A DNA stretch of 64,000 nucleotides from Spirogloea muscicola (GCA_009602725.1 WELB01000001.1:475494-539493), one strand, 5' to 3'; shown: positions 40,682-52,500, counted from the stretch's first letter. Notes: generated from the letters alone by a model not told the origin. Numbers and translations are program-made.

Positions 40682-42104
40682 CTAGAAATCATCCGCCAGC
40701 CTTGCGGGCAAGCCTGCCAGGCCGAACCAGCTGGACTCGGAGGGGCAGATCTGCTGAAAGATGGGTAGTCGGCGCGCACGTGCGGCCATGCCGCAGCCCC
40801 AGCTAGCTTCGCTGAGCGATGCGAATAGCTTTACAGCAGGATCTGTTGCCGCTGCGAAAAAGGGCCGTGCTTCCTGCTTCTTAAGTAAGGCTGCGGCCAC
40901 TAGCCCTGTGCGGTGGTGGATGAAACGGCAGCGAGTTCCATAGGGGCAAGTCCCGTTTATATTGAAGGTGCGGCAGATCTGCATGGGCCAACATCACGCG
41001 GCAACGCTTCAGCAGCAGCATGCTGGCCAGCGGGCTGGCAGTGGAGTCCGTTCCGAGCTATAAATTTACACAACAATACGACCATCAATTGGTTCATTGT
41101 TGATCAAGCGGCCATTCTGACGAAGATTGAAGGCTGCCCAAGACCTTGCTTAATTGGGTCAGACAATTTTGTTACAATTGCAACCCTGCATGTAAGAAGC
41201 TCAAGACAAGGATGGTGTACACCAAGCACCATACCTCGGTCTTGTATTTGGGGTGGCGTGCAACAGGCCTGAGTTCCTCTTTTCCATGAGCAAACTGCAC
41301 CAACAAGGACCGACTTATACATGAGCAGGAGGTCGTAGTCATGTTATGTTTTGGGACTGGCAAAGTACAGCAGTGTGTACAGCGTCCTCAGACGACAACC
41401 TGGTGAATAAAAGAATCTGGAGCTGGCTTTGGAATGATAGTCAGCACACGCAATAACAAGGCTAGCAGACGGGCTGCTGCAGGCGGCTCATGCATGGGCC
41501 TCCGCTGACTGCACTGTGATCCATAGGTGCTATCATCAGATCGAGGCGCCATCCTAATATCATCATGCACGTGTTCGGATAAGGTTGCCCAACCTGGCAC
41601 TTGCTGCCGTACCGGCAGGAGCCGGTCTCCTCCCAGGACCGGCACAGCTCGGTCTTGTATAAGCTGTGTGGGGAGTGGGAAGGCCCGGGGGCAGCTGCTG
41701 CGGCCATGCTGCAGGAGGCGAGGCTGCTGCTGCTGCTACTGGACGTGGTGTTGACGGAGCTGCCTGGGCTGCTGGGCAGGTCGCCGATGCTGCCGTCCTC
41801 GTCGTGGTCGCTCACGTAGCTCACCTCGTCGTAACTCTTTGCCGACCATGGAAGGTGTGCAGCCTCCACCGGCAGCTTGAAGTGATACGGCTGTGGTGAA
41901 TCCATGCCACCGTAGTCAGGCAGCGAGCTCGAGGCGTGTGAGCTGGAGCCTACTGCGGAGCCAGCCGCGTTCCATGCCAGCATCGTGGTGTGCCGCGGTA
42001 GCTGCAGCATCGTGGGCAGCGGGCTCGTGGATTCTGTGACGGCGGCGACGTCGGCGGCCTTGTCCGCGGATGCCCACGCCGTCGCCAGCACCCAGCGGCG
42101 GCCG
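40682..42104 (-). CDS. Tristetraprolin/ZFP36-type tandem CCCH zinc-finger mRNA-decay protein; 5' end uncertain (gap upstream)
   Basis: Spliced over three exons: YKTELCRSWEETGSCRYGSKCQ/FAHGKEELRPVARHPKYKTE/ICRTFNINGTCPYGTRCRFIH (two C-x8-C-x5-C-x3-H fingers, 18-residue linker), with C-terminal RRLPIFQQI. Confidence 0.92.
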
Positions 42105-43020
42105 TCCTGCGTCTGGGGAGGCGCTTGCGGCTGCGCCGGCGCTGGCGCTCGACTTGGGTGGCCACAGCGGAAGCAGAAGCCCGCGCGCGGCTGGCAGTGG
42201 CAGCCCCGGAGGTGCGGTGGTGCCAGCGGGCAAGTGGGCTGCCGCGCCCGAGGAGGGCAGTGGGCTGTTCAGCTAGTGATTGCGTGCGAGCTAGCGAGAG
42301 AGGGAGCGAGCGAGGCAGGGGGAGGGAGAGAGGGAGGAAGAGAGGGAGGGGGGAGAAATGAGAGGGAACGAGAGGGGGAGGGCGCGCACGAGTAGGAGAG
42401 AGAGGGAGAGGGAGAGGGAGANNNNNNNNNNNNNNNNNNNNNNNNNNNNNNNNNNNNNNNNNNNNNNNNNNNNNNNNNNNNNNNNNNNNNNNNNNNNNNN
42501 NNNGAAGGAGAGGGAGAGGCGAGGCGCGAAGGGAGGAAGGGCGAGGGCGAGGGGCCGAGCGAGAGGGAGAGGAAGAGCGTGAGGAGAGGGAGAGGGGGAG
42601 GGGGAGGGGAGGGACGCCGCACGCAGAGCTGCAGGCGCAGGAGGGGGGGAGAGGGGAGAGGGCCCCCCCACATGGGCTCCCGCGCCACGCGCAGCGCGGC
42701 GGCGCGTGGGCGCCCATGGGCGCGACGCCTGCAGGCCGCCGCCTGCAGGCATGCAGCGCGGGCATGCATGCAGGCGGCGCGTGGCGCCCCCGCGACTGAT
42801 CGCGACCGCCCGCCCGCCCAGCCCAAGTGCTCGCCACTACCCCGCCGCCCGCTTGCGGCCGCGTGCCAAAGTAGATAAGATCGCACTCTGCATGCACGTG
42901 GCTGGCTTCCACAGCCGCTCGAAGGTATCCGCAGCCACATCTTCTCCCACTCGGGCCTCGTCTGCCGCCGTGCGCTTTCTGGCTCCGTTTCATAGAAGAA
43001 TGCGGCTCTGAAATCAATTC

Positions 43021-43280
43021 CATTTCATGTAGCCCCAGTTTGCACTAGTTTTTGCCTGAAAGAACGTACTGGCCTGGATTGGCCACCCTATCAATTTCAT
43101 GCGAACCGCACGCTTTCTCGCTTTCCGGGCGGCCTCTCGCAGCCATCGCTTCGCTCTGGAAGAGCTGTGTCTTCACCGCCGCCCTCCGTTGCAGCGCTTC
43201 CTTCCTTCTCTTCTCTGCCTGAACAATGTAGTGGCTTGAATTGGCCTCTTTTCATTCAATGCGCTCCGTGCTTTCTCTCC
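43021..43280 (+). repeat. Two copies (43021-43119 and 43213-43280) of a ~100-bp dispersed repeat also found at 47512-47614 (-) and 61529-61605 (+)
   Basis: Shared core TTTGCACTAG..TGCCTGAACAAYGTA.TGG.TTGAATTGGCCTCCCTTTCATTTCATGCGC..CTTCTCTC, aligned by eye across four copies. Confidence 0.75.
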
Positions 43281-44194
43281 CCTTCCCCCGAAGAGCCCGA
43301 GGAGCCCCGTGAAGCTCGAGGGCCGAGGTCCCCCTGCCCGTGGCCCCTCCTCTCGCCCCTCCGCCTGCGCCCGCCGCGGCTAGCACCGAGGCCGCGCCTG
43401 CAAAGCCGGCGCCAGCTCCACCCCGCTGCCTGCCGGCGGTGCCAGCAGACTCGATCCTCCCTGACTGCACCGCATCGGCGGCAGCTAGCTTGCTTGCCCT
43501 TTGACGGTCATGACCGTATGATGCAACTTCCACAGTCTGTCAAGGACTCACAGCGGCAAAATTTGTGCAGTCCTGGGTGAAGCTGCTTTGAGGCACACCT
43601 GCTTGGTGTTGTTGCTGTCGTTGTCACCATGCTTGGGCATATGGGCGCTGTTATGGTCGAGGTGCTTGAATGTTACACCTCAGCGCTTGGGCCCCGCCTG
43701 CTAATATCTACCTGCTGCACAAAAGCCCAAACGTCGAGTCGGGGCTGAGCACGACCTTGCTGCTTCCGCTCTATAATACCACTGTTTTTAAAAAGCGGCT
43801 AGATTCCCGACCTAGCGAACACGGGGGCAATGACAAGTAGGTCTCAAGAAGACTGAGCTGCTTCAACATCTGCCGCTCGCAGCTAGACGACCACGTTCAG
43901 CCTCCTCAGTGCGACCACCATGGCGACCCCCTTATGTTGTTGAGCATATTAGTGTATAGAGCAACTGCTCCACGCTTTGCTGCTACAGTAGTAACTGCAT
44001 TCAAGTGTTTATTTCTTAGCAAGCGTGTAGGATTGGTCTACGTTGCCGCCGTAGAAGTTGCAACAGTGTAGGCCTGTTTCAGCACACTTCTAGCGTCCGT
44101 GCAGCTCAGAGCGTGCTTGTCACCCTATCGCACTGACGGCTTGCAGCCAAACAGCGTCACGGCGAATTCCACTGAAGCTTAGTTCGATAAAAGT

Positions 44195-45590
44195 AAGAGG
44201 CGGTGGCTATGAAAGGCCAGCCCAAGAAATTGACGAGATTGAAGGGTGCCCAAACAGGAATGGATCAATAAACAAACAGAAGCAAGTTGTGAGCTTCAAG
44301 GTAATGATGGCATGCGCTTCGCTCCAAGGACCCCCCGGTGGGGCTGCTCACGGCCATCGTTGATGACTTCGCCTCTATGCAAAGCAGAAGGCCAGCACTT
44401 GGTGCATTCCTAACAAATTTTCGTGGGACATTGCCTGTGTTTGCCGGCACCCTCATTCTTTCACCAACTTTGGCTATTGCAGGCTAAGCAGGTCGCTTCA
44501 AGCACGCTTTCTCCAGTCCATCAAGCTGACAACCATCCAAAGTGCCAACAAGACTCAAAGCTCACGACTAATGAGCTCCTTAGGACTTTCCAGCTGCAAT
44601 CTGACCTAGTGGGGAGAAAGTTGCGCGGCTCTGTTGGAGGAAAGACGAGGCAAGCACGAGCAAGTCTTCAAAAAATGCTGATGCGAAAAGCAAAAGGAAG
44701 AGGGAACACGACGATCTGGGCACGCCGGGTCGGTGTGGATGGGCTGATTGTGATAGTCCTACCGGGAAGCTTTAGGAAAGCGCTATTTGGCCCTTTCAAA
44801 CCTTGTCAGTTCTTTTCGGGCTGGCTGTTCATAGCCCTTGCTCCCTTTTTTTTGAAAACGAGCCACCTCCTTCCGATGGGCTGGCCCTAATTGGAAGTTT
44901 GTTCGTGGTTTGGCCCCTTCGAACTCAGTCAATCTTTTGTTCGGGCTGGCTTATCACAGCCCTTGCCCCCATTGGGAGAGAAAGTGCTTCGCCCATAGAG
45001 AAGAGGGGCTGGCAAAGCCAGTCCAAAAACAATAAGAGCCACTTCTGATTTGATTAGAAAGCAAGAAAATCCTAAATCCCTCAATATACTCCAGCTGCTG
45101 CCACGTCGGCAGATCGCAATGTTTGAGCCACGCCTTCAAGGGCATTCACACGCGGCTGTCTGCGCTGGTACGCTCGTCAGCTATGACGTCATGCGGCGCA
45201 CGCGGCCGGCATTCCGGCTCTAGCACCTGGCCTGCAAGTGCTAGAGCCCGTGGCCCGCAAGTGCTAGAGCCCGTGGCCCCTGATTCAGGGGCCCCTCACG
45301 CCGAGCACCCATTGGACACCAAATGACGCGCTTGCCGGGGCCGACTCTGAAACGAGAAATAGCTTTCGGAGCTAATTATGTTTTTCTGTGCAGGCCTCTC
45401 ACAGCCACTGCCCTCTCCTGGAAGCGTCTTTTCATCGGACCTTGTCAGTTCTTTTCGGGCTGGCTGCTCGCAGCCCTTGCCACCTTTGGGACAAGTGGCA
45501 CTCCCAATGGGGGCAAGGGCTGTGAAGAGCCAGCCCGAAAAGAATTGACAAAGGTTCGAAGGGGCCGAAAAAGCATTGAGCAGCTACAAA
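44195..45590. mobile_element. Mixed CRE-like 3'-end remnants in both orientations
   Basis: Hairpin motifs at about 44205, 44818, 44943, 45006, 45457, 45517, followed by cttgcccccattggga..ccact-type termini. Confidence 0.75.
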
Positions 45591-47131
45591 GAAGAAGAAG
45601 AAAGTGCTCGCCCATTGAGAATAGGGGCTGGAATAACCAGCCCGAAAAAGAATGAACAGAGTACGAGAAGGGGGCCAGGGGAAGCGCTAAGTAACAGAAA
45701 CAAAGCTGCTACGAGACACTCAGTAACCCCTGCTAAGCAGCCGCAGATCAGAGATGCTGGGCTCCTGGAAGTGGGTCCCCTGGCCAGAGCCAGAGGCAGC
45801 AGCGAGGGCTCTGCCGGCACGAAGGTGCAGCGCCCGGGCCATGGACCTCTGCAGCGAGACGGCCAGGCGCATTCGATACACTTGCGCCAGCGACCCGGCT
45901 GCAGGGAAGTCAACCGGCTCCCCATGGAAGCGCCGGGCGATGGTGTGGCGGGCGAGCTGGGTGAGCAGCTCGAGCCACCGAGCGCCCAGCGCCCCATGTG
46001 TGTCGATGGCCAACGGGAAGAACTCGTCTTCCCGCGGATGATCCGCGTACTTCAGCTCTTTGGCCCGAGCAGCGCAGGCGACCGCATACCCAGCCGTGGT
46101 GGCACATTTGGCTGGGTGTGAGCGGTCATAGGCATCAGTAGTCACCACGTCCAGGAGAAGACGTGGCCCGCCGGCCTGTCGGGTGGCCACCAGGTCTACA
46201 CGCCTGGCATGGAGACCGTCGGCCCTGTGCTGGATTGGCATGATTCCGGAGTGCTCTGCTGCCACGGAGAAACCAGCCTCCAACAGGATGCCATGCATTA
46301 CGTCGCGGAGGCGGTCGTGGGCCGCTGTCCGCTCTCCGCCGTGGGAACAGCGCAGAACATGAGCAGCCAGCTCTCCAGGCTCGGTCCCGCGCTCGCCACA
46401 CTCACATTGACGCACACCCTGGAGACATGGCGGCAGTAGGCCCAGGAGCCGGTGGACGGCACTTCGGAATACCTCGTCCGGGAGGGTGAGGGCGTCGTAG
46501 AGGGGGAGGGCCTGGAGCCACGCCGCAGCCCCCGGGGAAGAGGCCGAGTGGAGTCTCGCGCGCCCGCGCAAGTCGGCCTCGGGGAGCTGGAGCACGGCGG
46601 TGGTGTAGGCGGCCTTGTCGACCACTGCCGCGATGCGCGCTTGGACGCGCAAGTCGGCGGTGTGCGCGAGGTGCGCAAAGGATACCGCCTGGCCGGCCAG
46701 GTCCGGGTGCGCCGCGAGCAGCTCCTGGTGGGCGGAGCGAAGCGACACCTGGAACGGCAGCGGGCCCATGTCGACCTCCGCCACCGCCTGCTCCAGTGCC
46801 CGCCGGCCGTGGACCAAGAAGCGCTGGGCCACGGAGGCGGCAGTCTGCGCCCAGCTGCCGAGGTATGCCGCCCGGCAAGAACGAGCGAGCGGGCGCAGGC
46901 CGAGACCACCGTGGCTGAGGGGTAGCGCCGCCTGGTGGATAGCTGCTGGCGACTGGAGGAAGCCCTGGTGGCGGACCAGGGCCGCCAAGCTCGCCACCAT
47001 GCTTGCATCGAAATCTGCATACGCTGCCAACGCCCCAGGGGACGGCGGAGTGGCCCGCGTCAGGTACTGGGGCCGCTGCCCAATGGCCCTGGTCAACATG
47101 GCCAGCGATAGTTGCATGTCGTCCAGCTCGG
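45591..47131 (-). mobile_element. 5'-truncated CRE-like (RLE-clade) non-LTR retrotransposon, subfamily A, with an intact 465-aa C-terminal ORF segment, 3' UTR hairpin and (CTT)n tail
   Basis: ORF 45720..47117: RT thumb LPLSHGGLGL; AAYLGS; ARLHSASSPGAAAWL; CCHC knuckle CECG..HVLRC; HDRLRD; restriction-like endonuclease RVDL..LDVV..KELKY; FFPLAIDTHGALG; LAVSLQR. RT core is absent. Confidence 0.9.
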
Positions 47132-48990
47132 GAAGGGGTCGGAAGATGCTATGGTAGAGCAGGGGGAGGTTGGATCACTCAGTAGTTACGAGTGAGGAGC
47201 CTCAGATCCGACAGACTAGCTGCCGGAAAACTGTCCCCCTGACGAAAGCCAGAGGCCGCAGCGAGAGCACGGCCAGCACGCAGATGCAGAGCGTGGGCCA
47301 TGGACCGCTGAAGGGATACAGACAGTCTCATACGGTAGACCTGGGCCCAGGAGCCAGCGGCGTTGAAGTCAGCCGGCTCGCCGCGCCTACGGGACACAGC
47401 CCGCCGCGCAAGCCTGGCCAGCAGGTCAAGCCACTGGGACCCGAGAGCCCCGTGTACGTCCACAGCCAAGGGGACGAACTCATCATACGAAGGGGCAAGG
47501 AGGGGCCTGAGGAGAGAAGGCGCGCTGGGCGCATGAAATGAAAGGGAGGCCAATTCAAACCAATACGTTGTTCAGGCAGAGTCTAGTGCAAATTAAACAA
47601 GGCTACATAATATGAAGGGGCCTGAAGAAAGCTATGGCAGTACGGGGGAAGGATGGACCACTCAGTACTTACTAGTGAGGCGCCTCAAATCCTCCCTTGT
47701 CAATTTTTTTTGGGCTGGCTTTTCGCAGCCCTTGCCCCCATTGGGAGTGCCACTTCTTCCTTTGAGAGCCCTTTGCTTTGGGAGAGCCACTTCTTACAGA
47801 CCTTGTCCATTCCTTTGGGCTGGCTCTCCCAGCCGACCTGGTCGCCATCCCGCCCGGCGGCGGTCCCCGCATCATCGCTGATGTGGTGACAACTGACTGC
47901 CTCGACTCCGCCAATCCTACTAGATCGGCGTCGTATGCAGGACACGCGGTCGGCCTGGCGGCCCGGGGCAAGGAACGAAAATATGCCGACCACCCGGTCG
48001 GCGACGAGTTCGCGGCCCTGGCGATCGACGTACAGTGCATGGGGCTTTCGGCCCCATGTACGTTAGGGCTGGCTTGTCCAGCCCCTCTCCTCAATGGGCG
48101 AGCCCTTCCCCCCCTTTCTTCTGAAGCGGGCGAAGCTGTGGAAGAGGCTAGCCCAGAAAGTATTTCGGCAGCCGCTGGCTAGATCTCCTCCAGCGGCTTT
48201 TGCCCGTCAGGCCATTGACCGGCGGCCGGGTCTGCCAGGAGCAATGCCCGGCTTCAGTGCCGCCGATTCGCTCGCACAAGTCTTCCGAATGCGCCTGGCG
48301 GTATCGTTTCAATGCTCACTTGCCCATGCCGACCACAAGCGAGCAGGCCGTGCTATGGCCGCCGCCTCTGGGTCTTGGCGGAGTGCCTCTTTCCCTGCAG
48401 CGAGCTATTCCGACCTGATGCTGCTCACTCGCGGATACTGAGCTACCCTCTGCATCGTCTTGTGTTTAAGTCGAGTTTTCGAAGTGTAGTCCTTTTTTCG
48501 GCACCTCTTTCTTTGGCTTTGGACATTGTCCATCCTTTTAGGGCTGGCTTTGCCAGCTCCTCTTCTCTATGGGCGAGCCCTTTCATTCCCAGCCACCAGT
48601 CAATCTGGCTACGCTTCCTTTTCTTGCCCCGTTGCCCTCGGTCCTCGGCAGTTGCTGGCTGGATTTCTGCAGCGGCTTGCCCGACAGGCCAGCGAGGGTA
48701 GCAGCCCGACTTCAATGCGGCCGGGTCACTTGCCCAGGTATTTCGGATGCGGCTGTCTGTCTCCTTCCAAGGAGAAAAGAAGAAGAAGTGGCACTCCCAA
48801 TGGGGGCAAGGGCTGCGAGAAGCCAGCCCAAAAAGCATTGACAAAGGTTTGGAGGGGCCAACAAGCGTGTAGCAGCTACAATGGGGCTGGAAGATGCTAA
48901 GTCCGAACAGGGGGAGGATGGATCGCTCAGTAATTACGAGTGAGTAGCCTCAGATCCGACAGACTAGCTGCCGGGAAACTATCCCCCTCA
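47132..48990. mobile_element. Several short CRE-like C-terminal/3' UTR fragments of other subfamilies
   Basis: 47179..47490 (-) DEFVPLAVDVHGALG..LSVSLQRSMAHALHLRAGRA..SLSDLRLLTRNY; 47835..48035 (+) ADLVAI..IIADVVTTD..KERKYADHP; 48190..48441 (+) ..SYSDLMLLTRGY; 48770-48990 (-) 3' UTR with CTT tail. Confidence 0.85.
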
Positions 48991-49735
48991 CATGCTGAGA
49001 TGCCCCACTGGACCAGAAGTGGTGGGCATCCACAACCTTCTCCGCGATGCACTGGCGGGCTTGATGCGCGACGCCGGCTACCGTGCAGTCTTGGAAGTCA
49101 ACGATATCAAGCCTAATACCACGGACGCCCAGGGACGTCATCATCGCCGCACACTTGACATTGTGGGCGTGCAACCTGGTGGAGGACCACGGGCCCTGGT
49201 CGACGTTGTTGTAACGGAGGCGTACAAGGGACCAGCATCAACACACATTGCTGGTCACTCAGTGGGCGTTGCAAACCAAAGAAAGCTGCAGCACTACTCC
49301 GACTACCCTCAATGCGATCAGCTCCTGCCAGCGGCAATCGACGTCTTTGGTTGTCTGGGTCCTCGTTTCCACACCCTCCTCCAAAACATTGCCAATCTAG
49401 GCTACACACGTCGTGCAGATGTGTTTCCGGCTGAGTTGGGCTTGCCAGCCGCATATCTGTCTTTCTTGCGACGACGTGTTTCGGCCTGTTTGCAGCGTGC
49501 TCAGGCTAATGCCTTGCACCAGAAAGCTGCCGAGCTCTAGTTGGTGGCAGAAGGGCTTCGTATCTGACATCTAGTATTCAGGCATCGATTAGCGACCTTT
49601 ATAATTTGACCCGTGGTTACTGAGCGGGTCAATTTGCTGTAGAGTATGTAGGTCTTTAGATGTGCTTACCTTTGTACTCGGCCAATTCAGTTGGCCTTCG
49701 TTTGTTTCAAATACACGAAAATATCTTGACGAAAG
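48990..49735 (+). mobile_element. Truncated CRE-like retrotransposon of a more divergent family (RLE domain), frameshifted near 49530
   Basis: HMLRC..IHNLLRD..LEV..RTLDIV..ALVDVVVT..RKLQHY..LLPAAIDVFGCLG..VSACLQR. Highly similar inverted copy at 63080-63490. Confidence 0.85.
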
Positions 49736-49739
49736 AGGG

Positions 49740-52012
49740 CCATTGAGGATATGGGCTGGAAAAGCCAGCCCAAAACGACTGAACAAAGACCGAGAAGGGG
49801 GCCAGGGGAAGCGCTAAGAAAAACGATCCCTGGCTCACGCCGTGCACTTGCTTGCGGGCAGGCCGCGCTATGGCTGCTGCTTCTGGGAGTTGTCGGGGTG
49901 CCTCTTTCCAGCTGCAAGTTACTCCGACTTGCTGCTGTTAACTCGGAGTTACCAAGCTCCCCTCCGCTGCAGTCTCGTGCATAGCTGTGTGGTTTCGGCG
50001 CCTTTTGGCTCTTTGGACCTTGTCCATTTTTTTTGGGGCTGGCCTTTCCCAGCCACTACCTTAATTGGAGAGTTTCTTTCGTTATGAGAGCCACTTTCCT
50101 TCCAAACAGCCCTTGTCAGTCGTATTTGGGCTGGCTATTCACAGCCCTTGCCCTTTTTGAGAGAGCCACTTTCGTTTCACAGATTTCGCCCCCTTGGGAT
50201 GAACTTGCTGTGTACCTTATAGCTATATCTGGCCCGTCGAACTTGGTTGTCAGGGCTGGCATCTCTCAGCCATGCCATCTACTGGAAGCGTCTTATATTA
50301 CTTCTTCCAATGTACAGCAATGGCTCTGAGAGGCCAGCCCGGAGAGAAGAAATTCCCTCCAGAAGAGGGCGATGACCTGCAGAGGTCCATGGCCCGGGCG
50401 CTGCACCTTCGTGCCGGCAGAGCCCTCGCTGCTGCCTCTGGCTCTGGCCAGGGGACCCACTTCCAGGAGCCCAGCATCTCTGATCTGCGGCTGCTTAGCA
50501 GGGGTTACTGAGTGTCTCGTAGCAGCTTTGTTTCTGTTACTTATCGCTTCCCCTGGCCCCCTTCTCGTACTCTGTTCAGTCTTTTTCGGGCTGGTTGTTC
50601 CAGCCCCTATTCTCAATGGGCGAGCACTTTCTTCTGATGACTGTGACTAATCAGCCCAGAAACGAACGATGTACACGGATTGATCAACACCCAAAGGACT
50701 GAACAAGGTTTGAAAGGGCCAGACGGCGCAAAAAAGTACGGCACTACTGTCCTGACATCTGCAAGTGGGCAGTCAATCACCTTCGGTCAGCAAGTGCAGA
50801 TCAGATTAAGTAGAGGGCGGAAAAGCGTAGCCCTGACGGTACCAGGAGGCAGCAGCCTAGGCGAGGCCTGCCCGCAAGTGTATGGCAAAGTAATTCTTCA
50901 TATGACTGAAGGTTTAGAAAGTGTGTCACACGGCTATAAATTTGACTAGCCCGTTATACAGCGTCACAGATATTTAAGTAAGACTCTAAAGGCGGTAGCT
51001 GAGTAAGGCCTTGCTAGCCACAGCGGGTGCTGAGTGAGGGGAATTATTCCGTGCTCCATTTATGTGTGCTACCTGGCTGAGATTGACCACCCCGGGAAGA
51101 ATGTAACAATGGTTCTGAAGCAAAGTACGCCAGTTGGGAAGGGGAATTTTTAAAGCCAGCAAGCTGAGGGCACATTGAGCAACTCTTGGAACAGCGTAGC
51201 TTTAGCTCGCCTCTAAATACATGAGAGCTGGTGGAATGAGAGTGACTTTTAGGAACAAATCAATATTGCTAGCTCAAAGCAGGCATCATTATAATTTTAG
51301 AAGGAGATTGGTTGAGGATGAAGAAGCCGTGGGCAGCCGCTTGTGAGGGCTGGACCGAGAAGAACGTACAAGTATGACGTGTTCGAGAGGGAAGTCGCAA
51401 GCCTGCCGATACTTACCTATTATTGCCACCTGCCTGCATTCGCAGTTACTCTTGATGCATATCCTGGAGAGCAATTGCGGCCAACAAATGGACCAAAATG
51501 TGGGGCGAGGTTATCAGGCTGGCCGTGCTCTAGCTGCGGCCTCTGGCTTTCGTCAAGGGGACTGCTTTCCGGAGGCTAGTCTTCCTGACTTGCTGCTGCT
51601 GACTAGAGGTTCCTAAGTGATCATCCTCCATGGTGTGTGTTTAGAGATGTGTTTCAGCACTTTTCGGCCCCTTCGGACCTTGTCTTTTTCAGGCTGGCCT
51701 TTCGCAGGCCTCGCCCCCTTTGGAAGAGCTCCACTTCTATCAGGACGCCGTTCTCACAACAAAAAGTGAGCTCTTCCAAAGGGGGCGGGGGCTGTGAAAA
51801 GCCAGCCTAAAGGATGAATGAGGTCCAAGGGGCCGAAAGGCGCCAAAACTACCCAGCTATGCAAGAGCCTACAGTGAATGGGAGCTTGAAGAAGAGCTTA
51901 GTAACCCCGAGTTAGCAGCCGTAAATCACACAAAAAACAGCCGTAAATCGGAGTAACTTGCAGCTGGCACCCGACGACGCCCAGAAGTAGCAGCCAAAGC
52001 GCGGCCTGCCAC
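49740..52012. mobile_element. Further CRE-like 3'-end fragments, including a near-identical inverted copy (50377-50635) of the 45596-45854 terminus
   Basis: LQRSMARALHLRAGRALAAASGSGQGTHFQEPSISDLRLLSRGY* duplicated with about 3 nt differences over about 258 bp. Further remnants at 49820-50060, 51515-51740 and 51765-52012. Confidence 0.85.
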
Positions 52013-52300
52013 ATGCACAACCCACAGACAACTGTGACGCCGAGCATCGTGGGAGAGGTTTCGCTGGCTTTATCGGGCCGTCTTCAGAACGCCTCGTGGC
52101 GCATCGTACGGCGTGGTGGCGCCCGCGGATTGTGCCGCGCCCCCCCAGTGTTCAAGTTTTCGAAATTCGTGTTCGAAATCACCACCACGCCCCTCCCCCC
52201 AAGCCTCTCTCCTCAACCCCCGCAGTCCCGGCGCCCCCCCTCCCCGCCCCGCCATCATAGCTGTGAGCAGACCCCTTGCCCGCCGTTCACCCGCCCCCCC

Positions 52301-52310
52301 CCCGCCAAAA
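52301..52310 (-). promoter_or_regulatory. E2F-binding consensus upstream of cyclin A
   Basis: cccgccaaaa = TTTTGGCGGG on the minus strand. Paired TTCGAAAT (CHR-like) motifs at about 52159-52179. Confidence 0.4.
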
Positions 52311-52500
52311 TGCGCCAGCTCCCCCNGAACTCCCCCCGCCGGAGCGTCGGCGGCGGGGGCGGAAAGCCGCTGAGCCGATGTCAAGCGCGCCTCCGGAGCC
52401 CCGCCTGCGCGCGCGCATCCACGCCTGCAGCGCGGCGGCGGCGGCGGCGGAGGAGGAGGCGGTGAGCGGCCCCTCCGCCGCTGGCGATGACGGCGGCGCC

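Noticed and set aside
42290..42665. Long (GA)/G-rich tract giving Pro/Ser/Leu-rich ORFs
   Set aside because: Low-complexity 5' UTR/promoter microsatellite spanning an assembly gap.
50630..50665. CTGATGA...GAAAC next to a retrotransposon 3' end, suggesting a hammerhead ribozyme
   Set aside because: Stem II does not close against GAAA (four unpaired bases), and no convincing stems I/III or cleavage triplet were found.
44800..51840. Recurring palindromic GGGCTGG..CCAGCCC units resembling a CRISPR array or REP elements
   Set aside because: Irregular spacing, mixed orientation, eukaryotic context, no cas genes, and the motif is the 3' UTR of the retrotransposon ORF.
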